Origin: Camelus ferus
Taxonomy: Eukaryota
Direction: 5' to 3'
Assembly: GCF_009834535.1 (NCBI RefSeq)
Contig: NC_045697.1
Coordinates: 45,882,001-45,946,000, forward strand
Length of the DNA stretch: 64,000 nucleotides
Shown here in pieces: positions 12,711 to 24,712 of the stretch. Numbering within the stretch: the first letter of the stretch is position 1; every line of letters begins with the position of its first letter. Both the position numbers and the translations under genes were made by a program. The notes beneath the pieces were generated by a model. It saw only the letters and a list, made by a program, of their open reading frames with translations, made no database searches and was not told where the DNA came from.

Positions 12711-13694
12711 ATGTATTTTTTCAAATATTGAAAGGCTGTGAGAAACGACTGGACCTTACATATTTAGTCCACAGAATCTTTCCCAATCCTTTTTTAAAGT
12801 TCCCCTGAGGCAGGAAACCCATTAGCTTTGTTTTGCCAACAGTTAAGGCTCTTCTATAATTAAAATCGCAAAGGGTATCCACCCTGAAAGGAAAAAGTAT
12901 TTAGTGGCAAAAACTTCCTTTCTATCTGGAGGAGTTAAAAATAAAGTTAGAAGAGACGGGAACATTCCAGTAAAAGAATTCATAAATAGGAATCCTAGAA
13001 TTCCACACCTGTGCATACTAATAAATGTTAACAACATTCATTCAACTTTGTAAAGACTAAAAGGTAGACCAATTTAGGGAACCATGCTTGAATACAGTGT
13101 TTTTATAAACTTTTGTGTTTGACCAGGTAACCACTGACAGCTTCAATTACCCATCTACTATTATGCAAATGAAATTGAAGCCAGAAGTCGCACACCTGTG
13201 CTTGCCTCTGGATTTAATATTTCTAATGAGTTCTTAAATCCTGTTCTACAGACAAGCATGTGAGATTGCTCAGCTCAGATTACAGTAGAGCAGGTGAAAA
13301 GCTTTTCAAACGGAGACAATACTTTCAAGGAATTCAGTAAGGCGTAGTATACATAAGGTTTAGACATTGTCAGATGGAAAACAGACACAACAAGAGTATA
13401 ATAAATTATTAAAGTGTTTGTTAGTATTGAGGTGCTTGGCCAGTGACATTAAAGTAATGAGAAGAAAACGGTAAAGAATGGTACTTAGCTACCCACTAGG
13501 TTTCACCTTGTGGGAGGTCCTTTATACTCTTGGCAGACAATTTTGGTGCAGCTGTATCAGGTCTGTGGTCTTTCTGGCTTGATGGCATTTTTTTTCCTGC
13601 TTTATAAACAATGTGTTCACCTTAAAGCTTACCTGCAAAATTTTTTACTGCGCCACTCAAATAACATAGATTTCCAAATATCAATGAAATAACA

Positions 13695-13910
13695 ACAATA
13701 ATAATAGCAGTTAATAATAGCTTTCACTATGTGCCAGACAGACTACAGGACTTCATGAGATTTTACATAATTTACTAATATTACATTATTTAATCCTCAC
13801 AACAAACTACTAAGAAAATAACTATTTTATAAATGAGGAAACTGAGCCTTAGCCAACACATAATGATTAAGGAACAAAGCAGGAGACCATTCTAGCTACC
13901 TGACACTACA
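13695..13910 (-). mobile_element. MIR SINE
   Basis: cactatgtgccagaca...atttaatcctcacaacaa...ttttataaatgaggaaactgag (MIR core, reverse). Confidence 0.8.
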
Positions 13911-14149
13911 CAGAAGTGAGCAAGATAAATATGGCTTTCCAATCTTACATTCCAGAAGGTTGCAAAGAAACAACCAAAAAAAATCAAGAAATTTATAATG
14001 GACTAATTACTATTTTTTAATATTGCATTCCCTTCTGACAAACCTTTTTCCAACACTTAGCAGTAAAGTATCTAGAAAAGTGCCTCATTCTTCCTTATGC
14101 TAATTTCTCTTGTTTAAAAAAATAGAATTATTAAACTGTGATGAGATAT

Positions 14150-14480
14150 TCCCCAAACAGCCAGATCTCCAAGACATTAAATACTCATTTGAGATTTTAA
14201 GATGGGTCAAGTTTAAGTAGGAAGAAGTGGAAAAGGCATTAGGGAGAAGCACCATGTACCTTAAAAAATCTTTCCCAAAGCCTCATCAGCAAGTGTATGC
14301 CCTCGTGTTGCCTCTTACACCTTAATGATCAGAAATGGGTCAGGTGGCCACATCTAGCTGCAAGGGAAACTGAGAAAGTGAGTACATTTAGCTGAGCACA
14401 TTGCCACCTTGAACCAGATCAGAGATCTATTTTTAATGAAGAAGAGAATAGAAATTCAATAGGTCACAATCAGTTGCTTC
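14150..14480 (-). mobile_element. MaLR LTR, MLT1J-like
   Basis: cagaaatgggtcaggtggccacatctagctgcaagggaaactgagaaagtgagt...ctgagcacattgccacc. Confidence 0.7.
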
Positions 14481-14769
14481 TCATAGACAAGACAGTCTTT
14501 CTGTAGATTCTGAAAGATAATAAAAGACTATAATTTAGTATTATAAGTAAAATTTTAATTCTAAATTGAAAAATTGTATCAGCTGCAGGTGGTACCTGGT
14601 GTCCTGGAGTGACAACTGAAAACATATCTTTGAGCCACAAGATGAAATAACAAAACCTAGTAATATCTGCAAGCACTTGGTTTCACACATTAAGAAACAT
14701 TTAAAATTATGTTCTGAACATTAAAAAGAAATGTATAAACTGAAGTACAAAGGTAAAAAGTTTTAAATA

Positions 14770-15606
14770 ATTCTTGATCTCTTTCTTTCACTCACATTTT
14801 ACATCCAATACATCAGGAAATGTTTTAAAAGCTACCTTCAAAATGTATCTGGAACCTGGCCATGGCTTTCTATTTCCACCCTCTTACCATCATGGTTAAG
14901 CCGTCCTCATCTCTTACCTAGATTATAAAACTAGTCTTTTAACTGGTCTCCCTGCTTCCTCCTCTGCCTCTCAACACAGCAGCCACAGCCATACTTCCAA
15001 AACATAAATCATTTTTGCCTTTGTCTTCAACCATCTAAAAGATTCCAATCTTTCTCAGGTTTGTATATTGACATGCAAAGCCCTACAGTATCTATGCTTT
15101 ACCCACATCCACTCCACAGATCTTTTTTTTTTTTTTAATTGAAGTATAGTCAGTTACAATGTGTCAATTTCTTCCTATCAGCTCTATCACTTATTCAGTC
15201 TAGCTGTTCCTGGAGGCACATGTCCACCTCAAGCTCTTGGACATGTCTTCATTCTGCCTGGAGCACCTTCTCCCCTAAATCTGCTTGCCTTCCTTCCTCA
15301 CTTTCCTTTCACCTCTTCTTAACTCTCATCATATTGGCTAGGCACTGCCTGAGGACACTATGAAAAATGACAGCCCAGCCCCTCTTCTCTAGCATTCCAT
15401 ATCCTACCTCTCCTGCTTTCTTTTTCTTCGCATTTATCATCCTGTAACATACAATACATTGCCTCCTTATTTATTGTCTCTCTTCCCTCCCCAGAGTAGC
15501 CTCCATGGAAGCAGGGACTTCACTTTTTGTTAACTGATGAATCCTTGTGCCTGGAACATTGTTGGCACATAGGAGGTAATAAATATTTGTTGAATGGTTT
15601 GATGGA
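14770..15606 (+). mobile_element. L2 (L2a-like) 3' region
   Basis: ctaccttcaaaatgtatctggaacc...aactggtctccctgcttcc...ctccatggaagcagggact...gtgcctggaacattgttggcacatagga...aataaatatttgttgaatg. Confidence 0.85.
15122..15171 (-). mobile_element. ~50-bp lineage-specific L1 3' tip with poly(A), inserted in L2
   Basis: A T-run followed by aattgaagtatagtcagttacaatgtgtcaatttct is the reverse complement of the young L1 3' terminus. Confidence 0.8.
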
Positions 15607-16789
15607 CATCATTATGTAAATAAAAAGCGGAAAAGCCTCATAATTCAGAAATAGCAGAAAAACCTGGATTATACCTTAATTAAATGACTTTCTTTTTTGC
15701 ATAAGATTTCTATAAATGATACTCTCCAGAAAATATCATCTTGGTAGCAGGGTACTCATATTATTTTAATGTACCTTAAAATCATTTCACTTGACTATTT
15801 CAGGAAGTATTTGTACCTTACAAACAACATATATATGGTTTCTGAAAGAAGTCTCCAATATTAACATGATATATATTGCTACTCTTTGCATTTCAAATTT
15901 TGAAACACTATGATCATAGTCTCAGCTATATTTTCAAATATTTTTGTGATGTCATTGCAATCACATTCCAAAGCAAGCATCTGGAAGTTCAAATCCCTTG
16001 TGTACTTCATATAAATATTCTCATCATACTAGCAAACGTGTGACCTGCTTTGCTAACTCACATGCATTTTAAAAATTAGTATTTATAGTCTGTAAGGAAA
16101 AGCATTTCAACTTGGTTATTTATACAATTTCCTCCCTCAGGTCACATTTTTTTTTTCCTCACTGTGTTCAAATACTATTTTCAAAACAAGAGATTAGATG
16201 TTTAAAAATGTATCATATTAGAAAAGGGAAAATTTGCTATCTCTTAAATTCAGTTAATTTGTGTGTAATTCACTGTCCTTCCTTTGGATCCGCAGATCTG
16301 CTCTATTATCTCCCATGTATGGAGGGGCCAATGCTGTGCTCCCTTCGCCCTACTTGGTTTTTCTTACAACCTGTTTGCCAAGAAAAGGAAGGCACTGTAT
16401 CTAAACAGGGAATTAGCAAGTCTAGATGAGCAAGAGGTCCTTAGCCTCTCTCCACACATACACAGAAAAGAAGGGGGAAAAAAAACTACTAAACACAGCA
16501 GTTCCCAAATAGTCCTTTAAAATGTTTCTTTGCTAAAATTCAAGATAAAAAATGTGTTCATGTGAAACACATGACTGTATTTCAGCAATGATTAAGCCAC
16601 ATTAGCGAGATCCAAACAGCCAACTGATTTTACTATGAGTGAAAACTATCAGCACAGATTGAGAGGAAATAAAGAATCCAATACAGACATACAAGGGCAC
16701 TGAGTACTGTTCAAAAACTTGAACTATGCTGGTTCATGTTTAGAAAATAAGGATATTATTTGTCTTATATGATGTAGTATAATCTAAAA

Positions 16790-17400
16790 ATGAAGCAGGG
16801 AAGGCTTCTCAAACTGTTCACTTGACTAAACTGAGACCTGAGAAATGAGTCGTACCTACTCTCAGGAAGGAACTGAAAGAACCTATGAGGCAGAGAACAC
16901 AGCACAGACAAAGGACTGGATGTCAGAGAATATGGTGCCGGCAGGGGTGCAGGAGACTGGGGCTTGAAGAATTCAGCAAGAGAAGAAAGGCAAACTGTTG
17001 CCTGATGACAGAGGGTCTAGAAGTCACTGAAATGTTTCATTGAGATTGAGGAAGATAGTTTCGGCTACATGTGGAGAGTAGATTGAAATGGAGCTATTCT
17101 GAAGGCAGGTAAAGAAGCTTGTGGGAGTAATCCAAGCAAGGGGGTTCTGCAGCCTGAAAGAAGACAGTGGGTGAATAGAAGTGACAACATTTGACATCAA
17201 TAAGGTAGTAAAAGTGGCAGGATTTAGGAGTTATTTGGGTTGACTGCGAAAAGAGAAAAAGTGGTCAGAATAAGGGAAGGATATTGGTTTCCTTCTCGGG
17301 GCACTGAAATTTAAATATCAGAGTAAGAGCTGAAGAGAATATGATGAGTTTAGCTTTGCATACTTTGATTTTGAGATTATTATAGGATATTGAAGGCCAA
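16790..17400 (-). mobile_element. L2 fragment
   Basis: Purine-rich antisense L2 motifs (agggaaggcttctc...ctgagacctgag; gatgagtttagctttgcatactttgattttgag). Confidence 0.6.
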
Positions 17401-18040
17401 AATCCAGGAATAATCCTTATCTCTTCTCATCCAGTCCATGAGCAAAGCCTTTTGGCTCTAGCTTCAAAATATATCCAGAATTTGATCTGATCACTTCTCA
17501 CCATTTCCTCTGCTCTTATTCTAATCCAAGACACCACTATCTCTCTCTGGGATTAGTACAACAGTCTCCTAATTGGCCTCCAGGCTTTCTCCCTTGTCCC
17601 TTTAAAATTGATTTTCAATATAGCAGCTGCAGTGATCCTTTTCAATTTAAGTTACATTGTGTCATTGCTTGGCTCAAAACCCTTCAAAGACCTCCCATCT
17701 CACACAGAATAAAATCCAAAGTTCTTAGCATAGCCTCCAAGGGCATGCCCCCCAATTCCTGCCTCTCTGATCCCATCTCTAAGCCCCCCTCACTGCTCTC
17801 CTTGCCATTTCTCAAACAAGCCAAGCACGCTCCCATCTCAAGGCTTTGTACGCATTCCTTTTTCTGCCTGGAACACTTGGCTGTCAGATATCTGCATAGC
17901 TCTCTGCTGTACTCAGTCACTTTATCAGCAAGGTCTTTCCTGATGAACCCATCTTGAACATATCTAAAATATCACCCTGCCCCTTTCTAACTGTTTAAAC
18001 ATTCTTATTTTTTTTCAATAATACTTATCACAATCTGAAC
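17400..18040 (+). mobile_element. L2 (L2a-like) fragment
   Basis: ggctctagcttcaaaatatatccagaat...acagtctcctaattggcctcc...ctcaaaacccttcaaagacctcccatctcacacagaataaaatccaaagt. Confidence 0.85.
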
Positions 18041-19089
18041 TCTAAGAGCTGGCATTATATTCACATATGAAAGGATTTCCAGTAAGATGGAAACTATCTA
18101 GCAGCTTCTGATGTATTTCGTTCCACTTATTTATGAGAATAACACACAATAAAGTGAAAAATGCAACCACCCTAGAAACCAGGAATCTTAATAAGTAATC
18201 CACCAAACCCCAAGAACTTTCCATTAACCAAAACATAGATGGGGCTCTGACTCAGGAAACAGGAGGAAGAAGTAAGAGGTGACAGCCACCCACAACCACT
18301 TGTAAGCCTAATGCAAAAATGATGTGATTTGTCAACCAAGAAGACAGAAGGCATTCCCTTCTTCATTCAAGTTCTGAGATGGCTAGGCTCTTCCACCATC
18401 CTTCTCCAACAATTCTTGTCTTTATATAACAATATTGCAGAGTATCTCTTATTTTCAGGAATACACATAACATTGGCAAAAGCAGTCATAAGAAGCCATA
18501 AAGACTCAAAAAACTCTGAAAAAGAGGTACACACCAGGGAAGTGCAGAGGTGAGAATGGTCATGTAGTTTCAGCGAAATGGAGAACAGGTCAGTCCTTCC
18601 AGGGCAGCAGGTACAAGTGGAACGGTAATCATCTGGTGAAAGGTGGGGAAAGGCCTGATTAAGAGGGGCCTTCACTTTCTGATTTTGGCTTTGCACACTG
18701 ACCTCTAAACAACAGAATGTCATTAAGGGCTTCTGTAAAAGGCAGGTAAATGAACAAAGTGGTATTTTAGGGAGACTAATAAGGCCCTATGCCCTTTTGC
18801 TTCTTCATGGCCAACACCTACATTTGCAAACACTGTGACAAAAGATGCAGGAAAGAGAAAAGGGTCACAGATAAATTCTTAGAATACCCTCTGTATATCT
18901 TTGTACTCTAATTTGCCCTGAAAACTGCTGCTTCCAATCTGAGTGGGATAATACGTTTTACAGAAACAACTTTTAAGATTAAAAATTCTTACTAGCAGGT
19001 CCCCAGTGATTGTGTAACAAGAAAACAGGCTGTGGCACTAAGGAACACACTTCTGAAAGATGATGAATTTATGTAAAGAGCAAATAACA

Positions 19090-19260
19090 ATTGTTGATGT
19101 CTCCTGAATATGCTTAGTATGAACTAGGCATTCTATTAAGCACTTATGTGCTTTATCTCATTTTATCCTCACAATAAGAGATGAGGTAGGTATTGGATGA
19201 GGAAAATGTAGCTTGAAAAATTTTAAGTAACTGCCCCAAGGCCACACAGCTGGTATCTTG
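19090..19260 (-). mobile_element. MIR SINE
   Basis: ctaggcattctattaagcactt...tttatcctcacaata...gatgaggtaggtatt...aagtaactgccccaaggccacacagctggt. Confidence 0.75.
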
Positions 19261-20083
19261 CTCTCATACACTATACTTGAAAAGAGATAGAAAAAGTTCA
19301 AAGTAGATTTTTTTGTCTAATTAATTATAAAATCTTAAAATAAAGGCCTTATATACATGTTTATTTGAGAACTAGATATTAGGCTCTGAAAATGTGTACC
19401 AGCTATACTGGGAACCAAAAGGGACACAAGATGCGATGCAATAGAAGAGCTATATAAATCCATTCTGCTTGCCTACTTGGCTATTTACTTGTGTTTGTTG
19501 GTTAGTATTAATTAGAATCACAGTATATACCTTATAAACTACAGAATAACATCATTTACTAAAATAACACAGTACCAAGAAAGCCAATTAAAAAGTGGCA
19601 AAACCTCATTTGATTTTAAAGTTACAATCTGCAATCATAGGATTGTACAAATATAAGAAATCTATATCCATTATTAAAAATCAGAATATTTAGAAGGTTT
19701 CACTTCCCTTTTAATTGCTAAGGCAATGACATTGAAGAGATGACATACAAAATTTTTATTTAAATTTGCTCTTTAATAAATATGCAAGCATAAGTAGTAA
19801 AAACTATGTCACTAGTCTCAAGAGATTTATGGTTTTGATTTAGTATATGTTAGTAGAATTTGCATTTTTAACAGGGTAGTGGAAAGATTTGGAGCCCTAA
19901 AGTAACAGAGAATTATTTTTCACTTTGAACTTCTGTTCATTCTTATGTAATGAATTTTCTGTTTTCTATACCAAAATGTAGTCTTTCAAGCTACTTTCCA
20001 ATGAATGCATTTTCTTAATTTCTTGATTAAAATTGCTGAGCAATTCATCTCAGCTGAAGTTTTCAGAGTATTTAACTGCAGGC

Positions 20084-20454
20084 TGCCTTAGTCCATTTGG
20101 GCTGCTGTAACAAAACACCACAGACTGGGTAGCTTATAAACAATAGAAATGTATTTCTCACAGTTCTGGAGGCTGAAGTCCAAGATGAAGGCACTAGCAC
20201 GGTCATGTTCTCTGGTGAGGGCCCTCTCACTGGTTTATAGCCAGCAATTTCTCTCCATGTCCTCACATGGTAGCAGGGGCCAGTGATCTCTCAGAAGCCT
20301 CTATTTTTATAAGGCATTAATCCCATACTTGGGGGCTCCATCCTCATGACTTAAGCACCTCTCAAAGGCTCCACTTTCTAACATCAGCATCTTTGGAGGT
20401 TAAGACTTCAACATATGAATTTGCAAGGGGACATAAAACATTCAAACCATAGCA
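20084..20454 (-). mobile_element. MaLR solo LTR, MLT1A/MLT1A0-like, complete
   Basis: tgccttagtccatttgggctgctgtaacaaaacaccacagactgggtagcttataaac...acattcaaaccatagca. Confidence 0.9.
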
Positions 20455-20520
20455 GATTCCCCATAGAGGGCCCAGCTAAGCTATGCCCGGACTCCTGACC
20501 CAGAAAAGCTGTGAGATATA
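20455..20520 (+). mobile_element. MLT1D/E-like LTR 3' fragment
   Basis: agagggcccagctaagctatgcccggactcctgacccagaaaagctgtgagata. Confidence 0.7.
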
Positions 20521-21397
20521 TGAATACTAAGTAGTACAGTGCTATTCTATTCTATAATCAGTTAATATTAAAAACCAAACTTAAAGTCTCCATATCTCTT
20601 ATACAATTGGAATTTCCTGAATTCTCTCTCTTATCAATTATTCATCTACTAAGTCAAAAAAATTTTAATGTGTATTATGTGCCAGGCAATAGTGCTTCAT
20701 GCAGAGGCTAAACAGTGAGCAAAACCAGACACAGTCCCTGACTTCATAAAGCTTACTGTCTAGTGGGAGAGAGAGAGACTATTCAATTAATCATAAACTC
20801 ACTTAGAACAGTGAGACTGCTATAAATTCTAAGAGGAGGAACTTGTCAGAAGGAGAGTGACCTTATATTCATAGAGGTCAGAAAGTTTCTCTGAGGAAAT
20901 GAGCTGGTGAAGATGAGAGGCAAACTCTTCCTAGGTGAAGGAAAGAAATGCATAAGTAGAAGCTGTGGCAGGAGGAAACAAAGGATCTGAAAGAAGCCAG
21001 AATGACTGGAACAGAGACAGTGAAGGGGAACAGTGAGGGAAGGGGCCAGACATCTCAGTAGGAAACGACCAGTTATGCAGGGGTCCTGGGGGTTTTGATA
21101 AGGATTACTAAAGTCACTGAGAACTCTTAAAAGCCTTTGAAAAGATTTAAGCAAGAGGGAGACATGAACATATTTGCATTCCAAAGAGACCACACTGGCT
21201 ATGTGGTGCAGAATGGACTAAAGAAGGCCAGAGTGGATTAGACAAACTCACTAAAGAAGATACTGCAGTGGTCCAGGTAAGTGATGATGATAGGTTGGAA
21301 AAGACTCATGATAAAGGTTGAAGAAACAGAAGGAAGCTGATAGATACAGATAAACATGTTAAAATGAAATCCATGGATATTGATGATGGATTGATTT

Positions 21398-21971
21398 TCT
21401 AGTGAGGCCATAACACCCTAAGATGACCCCAATGAGTCATGCTCTTGTATAATCCCTTCACACCTGAGTACAGGTGTAAACTGTGACTTGTTTCTAACTA
21501 ATAGAATATGGCATAGGTAGTTGGATTTTACTATCTAGATTACATTATGTCATAGAAGACTCCATCTTAACAAACTGGAAAGAGAAAGATTCTTTGGCCT
21601 TTAAGAAGCAAATATCATGATACGTTGAACTGCCTATCTAGACAGCCATATGGCAAGAACTGTGGGTAGCCTCTAGGAGGTGAGGACAGCCTCCAACCAA
21701 CAGCCAGCAAACAGCCAGGGCCCTGAGTCGTGCAGCCACAAGGAAATAAACTTCACCAACAATCAAAAGGAGCTTGAAGTAAATTCTTCCCTAGTCAAGC
21801 CCTCAAAGGAGAAAAAGCCCTGCTGACACTTCAACTGCAGTCTTGTGAGACCTTCAGCAGAGAAGTCACCTGTGTGCAGACTCCTGACTCACAGAAACTG
21901 TAGCCTAACAAATGTGTGCTGTTTTAAGTTGCTAAATTTGTGGTAATTTGTTAACATCAGTAAATAATACA
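21398..21971 (+). mobile_element. MaLR solo LTR, MLT1E-like
   Basis: aagatgaccccaatgagtcatgctcttgtataatccc...tggcaagaactgtgggtagcctctagga...ttttaagttgctaaatttgtggtaatttgtta...aataca. Confidence 0.85.
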
Positions 21972-22194
21972 TCTAGAAAAAGGGAGATGATATCCAGGTT
22001 CTGGCTTGCAAATCCAGAGGGTATGGTACTTTCCACTGAGTGAGCAAGGATTGATAAACACCTAAGTTTAGGGACGGGAGCTCCACAATGAGTTTTGTTT
22101 TGGGCATGTTGAATTTGAGCTTCCTTAAGATATTCAAGAAGCATGTCCATTAGATATTTTTATATATGGGGTTCAAAGAAGCCTAAGGCTAGAT

Positions 22195-22387
22195 CAATGG
22201 TGATTTTGTCCCTCAGGAACATTTGACAATGTCTAGAAATATTTTTGATTGCTTCAAATGGGGGTTCTACTGGCATCTGTTGGGAGAAGCCAAGAATTCT
22301 GCCAAACATCCTAAAATGCACGGGACAGAAATCCATGCCTCTAAAAAAAATCCAAATTATCATTAATGCTGAGGTTAAGAAACTCTG
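22195..22387 (+). mobile_element. MER20 (hAT-Charlie) with perfect 8-bp TSD
   Basis: gattttgtccctcaggaacatttgacaatgtctagaaatattttt...gctgaggttaagaaactctg; TSD ggctagat at 22187-22194 and 22388-22395. Confidence 0.92.
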
Positions 22388-23161
22388 GGCTAGATATAAA
22401 ACTGTATACATATGTGTGTAGATGATGTATGAGTCTATGGGTATGGTATTAGATTATCTAGAAAAAAAGCACAAAGTGAAAAGTTAAGATAATTTAGAAC
22501 TGAGTCTTCAGGAAAGTCAACATTTTATGCCTGGATCAAGAAAAATTAGCCTGCAAGGGAAATAAAGTTGAGAGTTGCAAGAAAAGTAAAAGAGAGAGTA
22601 CTGTATTAATAAAACTTTGAGATCTTCCAGAGTTTGTCCCCTTCTAAGCTGTACTTTCCTTCAATGATCTCATCCACTATTGAGTTTCAAGAGAAGTGAG
22701 TGTTCCAGTGTTAATCCCAAGGCTTGGCTATTGTAAAACTCAGTGGTGTATGATTTGATTCCTATTACTATGGTCTCAGATATCTGAGGATTAATATAAA
22801 AAAAATCACCCAAGTCAATTTCCATTCTTAACTAACATGCCTGGCCAATAAAAGCATTCACCCAATAATGAACACATTATAGCATTTCATCATAGTGAAT
22901 AAGATTATGTTCAATTTATCATAGTATCCATGGTCTTAGAAGTTTAAATCAATTCTTCTCTCAGTCTTTATTGGTCCAATGTGAATCCAAAATATTTCAT
23001 CTGTTCCCAAGTAAAAATCTACACATCATTCTTCATGTCATAGGGGGTGCTCGAACATGATATTCTAGGCATAGATAAAAAGAAAAGTCTTCTGGAGGTC
23101 AAAAGACATCCTTGAGTTTTACTAGTTGGTCTTAATGATGGTTGATCAATTTTCTTGTAAT

Positions 23162-24120
23162 AAATAAACACATGAAAAGTTATTCAACATCACTCAAAAT
23201 TAACTAAGTACAGTAAACCCTTGGACAACATTGGGGTTAAGGACACCAACTTCCCTCAACACAGTTGAAAAATCAGCATTTTACTTTATATTCAGCCCTC
23301 TTTATGGGCAGGTCTGCATCCACAGATCAACTAACTGCAGATCTTGTAATAATGTAGTATGCATTTATTGAAAAAAATCCATGTATAAGTGGACCCACAC
23401 AGTTCAAATCTGTGTTGTTCAAAGGTCAACTGTACAGGTAAAAATATAATGAGGTACCATTTTTCATTTGCGAATTTGAAAAGATAAAAAAGAAGTTTGA
23501 TAAGATCCTGTGGTAGTTGAATATAGATTATTATACTCAAATCTCATAGCCCATTTTTAGGAATGTAAATTGGTAAAAGTTTTTTGAAGGACTATCTGGT
23601 AACACCTATTAAAATTAAAATATATATATAGTTTAGCCCAAGAATCCACTTCTCAGAATTTACCATATAATTATAGTAAAAGAAAGCAAAGATATTAATA
23701 TAAGGATATTCACTGTAGCATTTTGATAAGGGTGAATAATTGGGAAAAATCTAAATGTCCACCAACTGAAACCTATTTAAATAAATTACAGGGCATCCAT
23801 ATATTATAGTAATGAAGTAAATCTATATCCACCAAATGAAGTGATAATTGAAATATACTGGCAAATGATACAAGGTCAAAATACTTTATGTCATTCCATT
23901 TATATGTAAAAAGTACATGCATGTGTACATATATAAAAATTATATACATTTGCTATTAAAAAATATCTCAAAGAGAGACTATCATAACATTTTCAATAGC
24001 TTACTCGAAGGAGTGAATTAAGGGTGTAGACAGAGAGACTTTTGCTTTTCATTTAACACAATTTTATTTTTTAACTTCTAAAATAAATATATATTATTTT
24101 ATAATAAAATATTTTAGCAA
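23162..24120 (+). mobile_element. Old L1ME ORF2 3' end/3'UTR fragment
   Basis: aaacacatgaaaagttattcaacatcactc...aatgaggtaccatttttc...aatgtaaattggtaaaag...cccaagaatccacttctcagaatttacc. Confidence 0.7.
23211..23432. mobile_element. MER8 (TcMar-Tigger MITE)
   Basis: Terminal inverted repeats cagtaaacccttggacaaca / tgttgttcaaaggtcaactg, with TA on both sides. Confidence 0.88.
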
Positions 24121-24198
24121 AACTATAATACAAAAACTTCTAATAAAAAATAGAAATAACTTTGACCTGAAAAATTCCAGTAAATAGAGCTAGTTTCT

Positions 24199-24712
24199 AA
24201 TGATTGGATAGAGAAGATGTGATACACACACACACACACACACACACACAACGGAATACTACTCAGCCATAAAAAGGAATGAAATAATGCCATTTGCAGC
24301 AACATGGATGCAACCAGAGATTATTATACTAAGTGAAGTAAGTTAGACAAAGATAAATATCATATGATGTCACTTACACATGGAATCTAAAAAAGTGGCA
24401 CAAATGAACTTATTTACAAAACAGAAACAGACTCATAGATGTGGAAAGAAACTTATGGTTAATGGGGTAAAAAGGAGGAGAGGGGTAAATTAGGAGTTTG
24501 GGATTCACAGATACTAACTACTGTATATAAAACAAATAAACAACAAGGTCCTATTGTTTAGCACAGGGAACTATATTCAATATCTTGTAATAATCTACAA
24601 TGATAAGGAATAAGAAAAGGAACATATATACATGTGTAACTGAATCAATAATGTGTACACCAGAAATAAACACAATATTGTATATCAACTATACTTCAAT
24701 AAAAATAAAAAC
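24199..24712 (+). mobile_element. Cetartiodactyl-type L1 3' end (5'-truncated)
   Basis: ggaatactactcagccataaaaaggaatgaaataatgccatttgcagcaacatggatg...aacaacaaggtcctattgtttagcacagggaactatattcaatatc...tatacttcaataaaaataaaaa. Confidence 0.9.
24224..24250 (+). repeat. (AC)n microsatellite within L1
   Basis: Seen directly. Confidence 0.95.

Larger units (their letters stand above)
20640..22600 (-). mobile_element. L2 LINE, interrupted by MLT1E and MER20
   Basis: tattatgtgccaggcaatagtg...cacagtccctgacttcataaagcttactgtctagtggga...aagagaccacactggctatgtgg...gagttttgttttgggcatgttgaatttgag. Confidence 0.85.

Noticed and set aside
13507..13596. Minus-strand 90-nt exon candidate (KKMPSSQKDHRPDTAAPKLSAKSIKDLPQ)
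   Set aside because: Poor polypyrimidine tract, weak gtgaaa donor and unrecognised peptide.
18458..18550. Plus-strand exon-like unit ttttcag...gag|gtgaga
   Set aside because: It overlaps what looks like antisense L2 debris, and the peptide is unrecognised.
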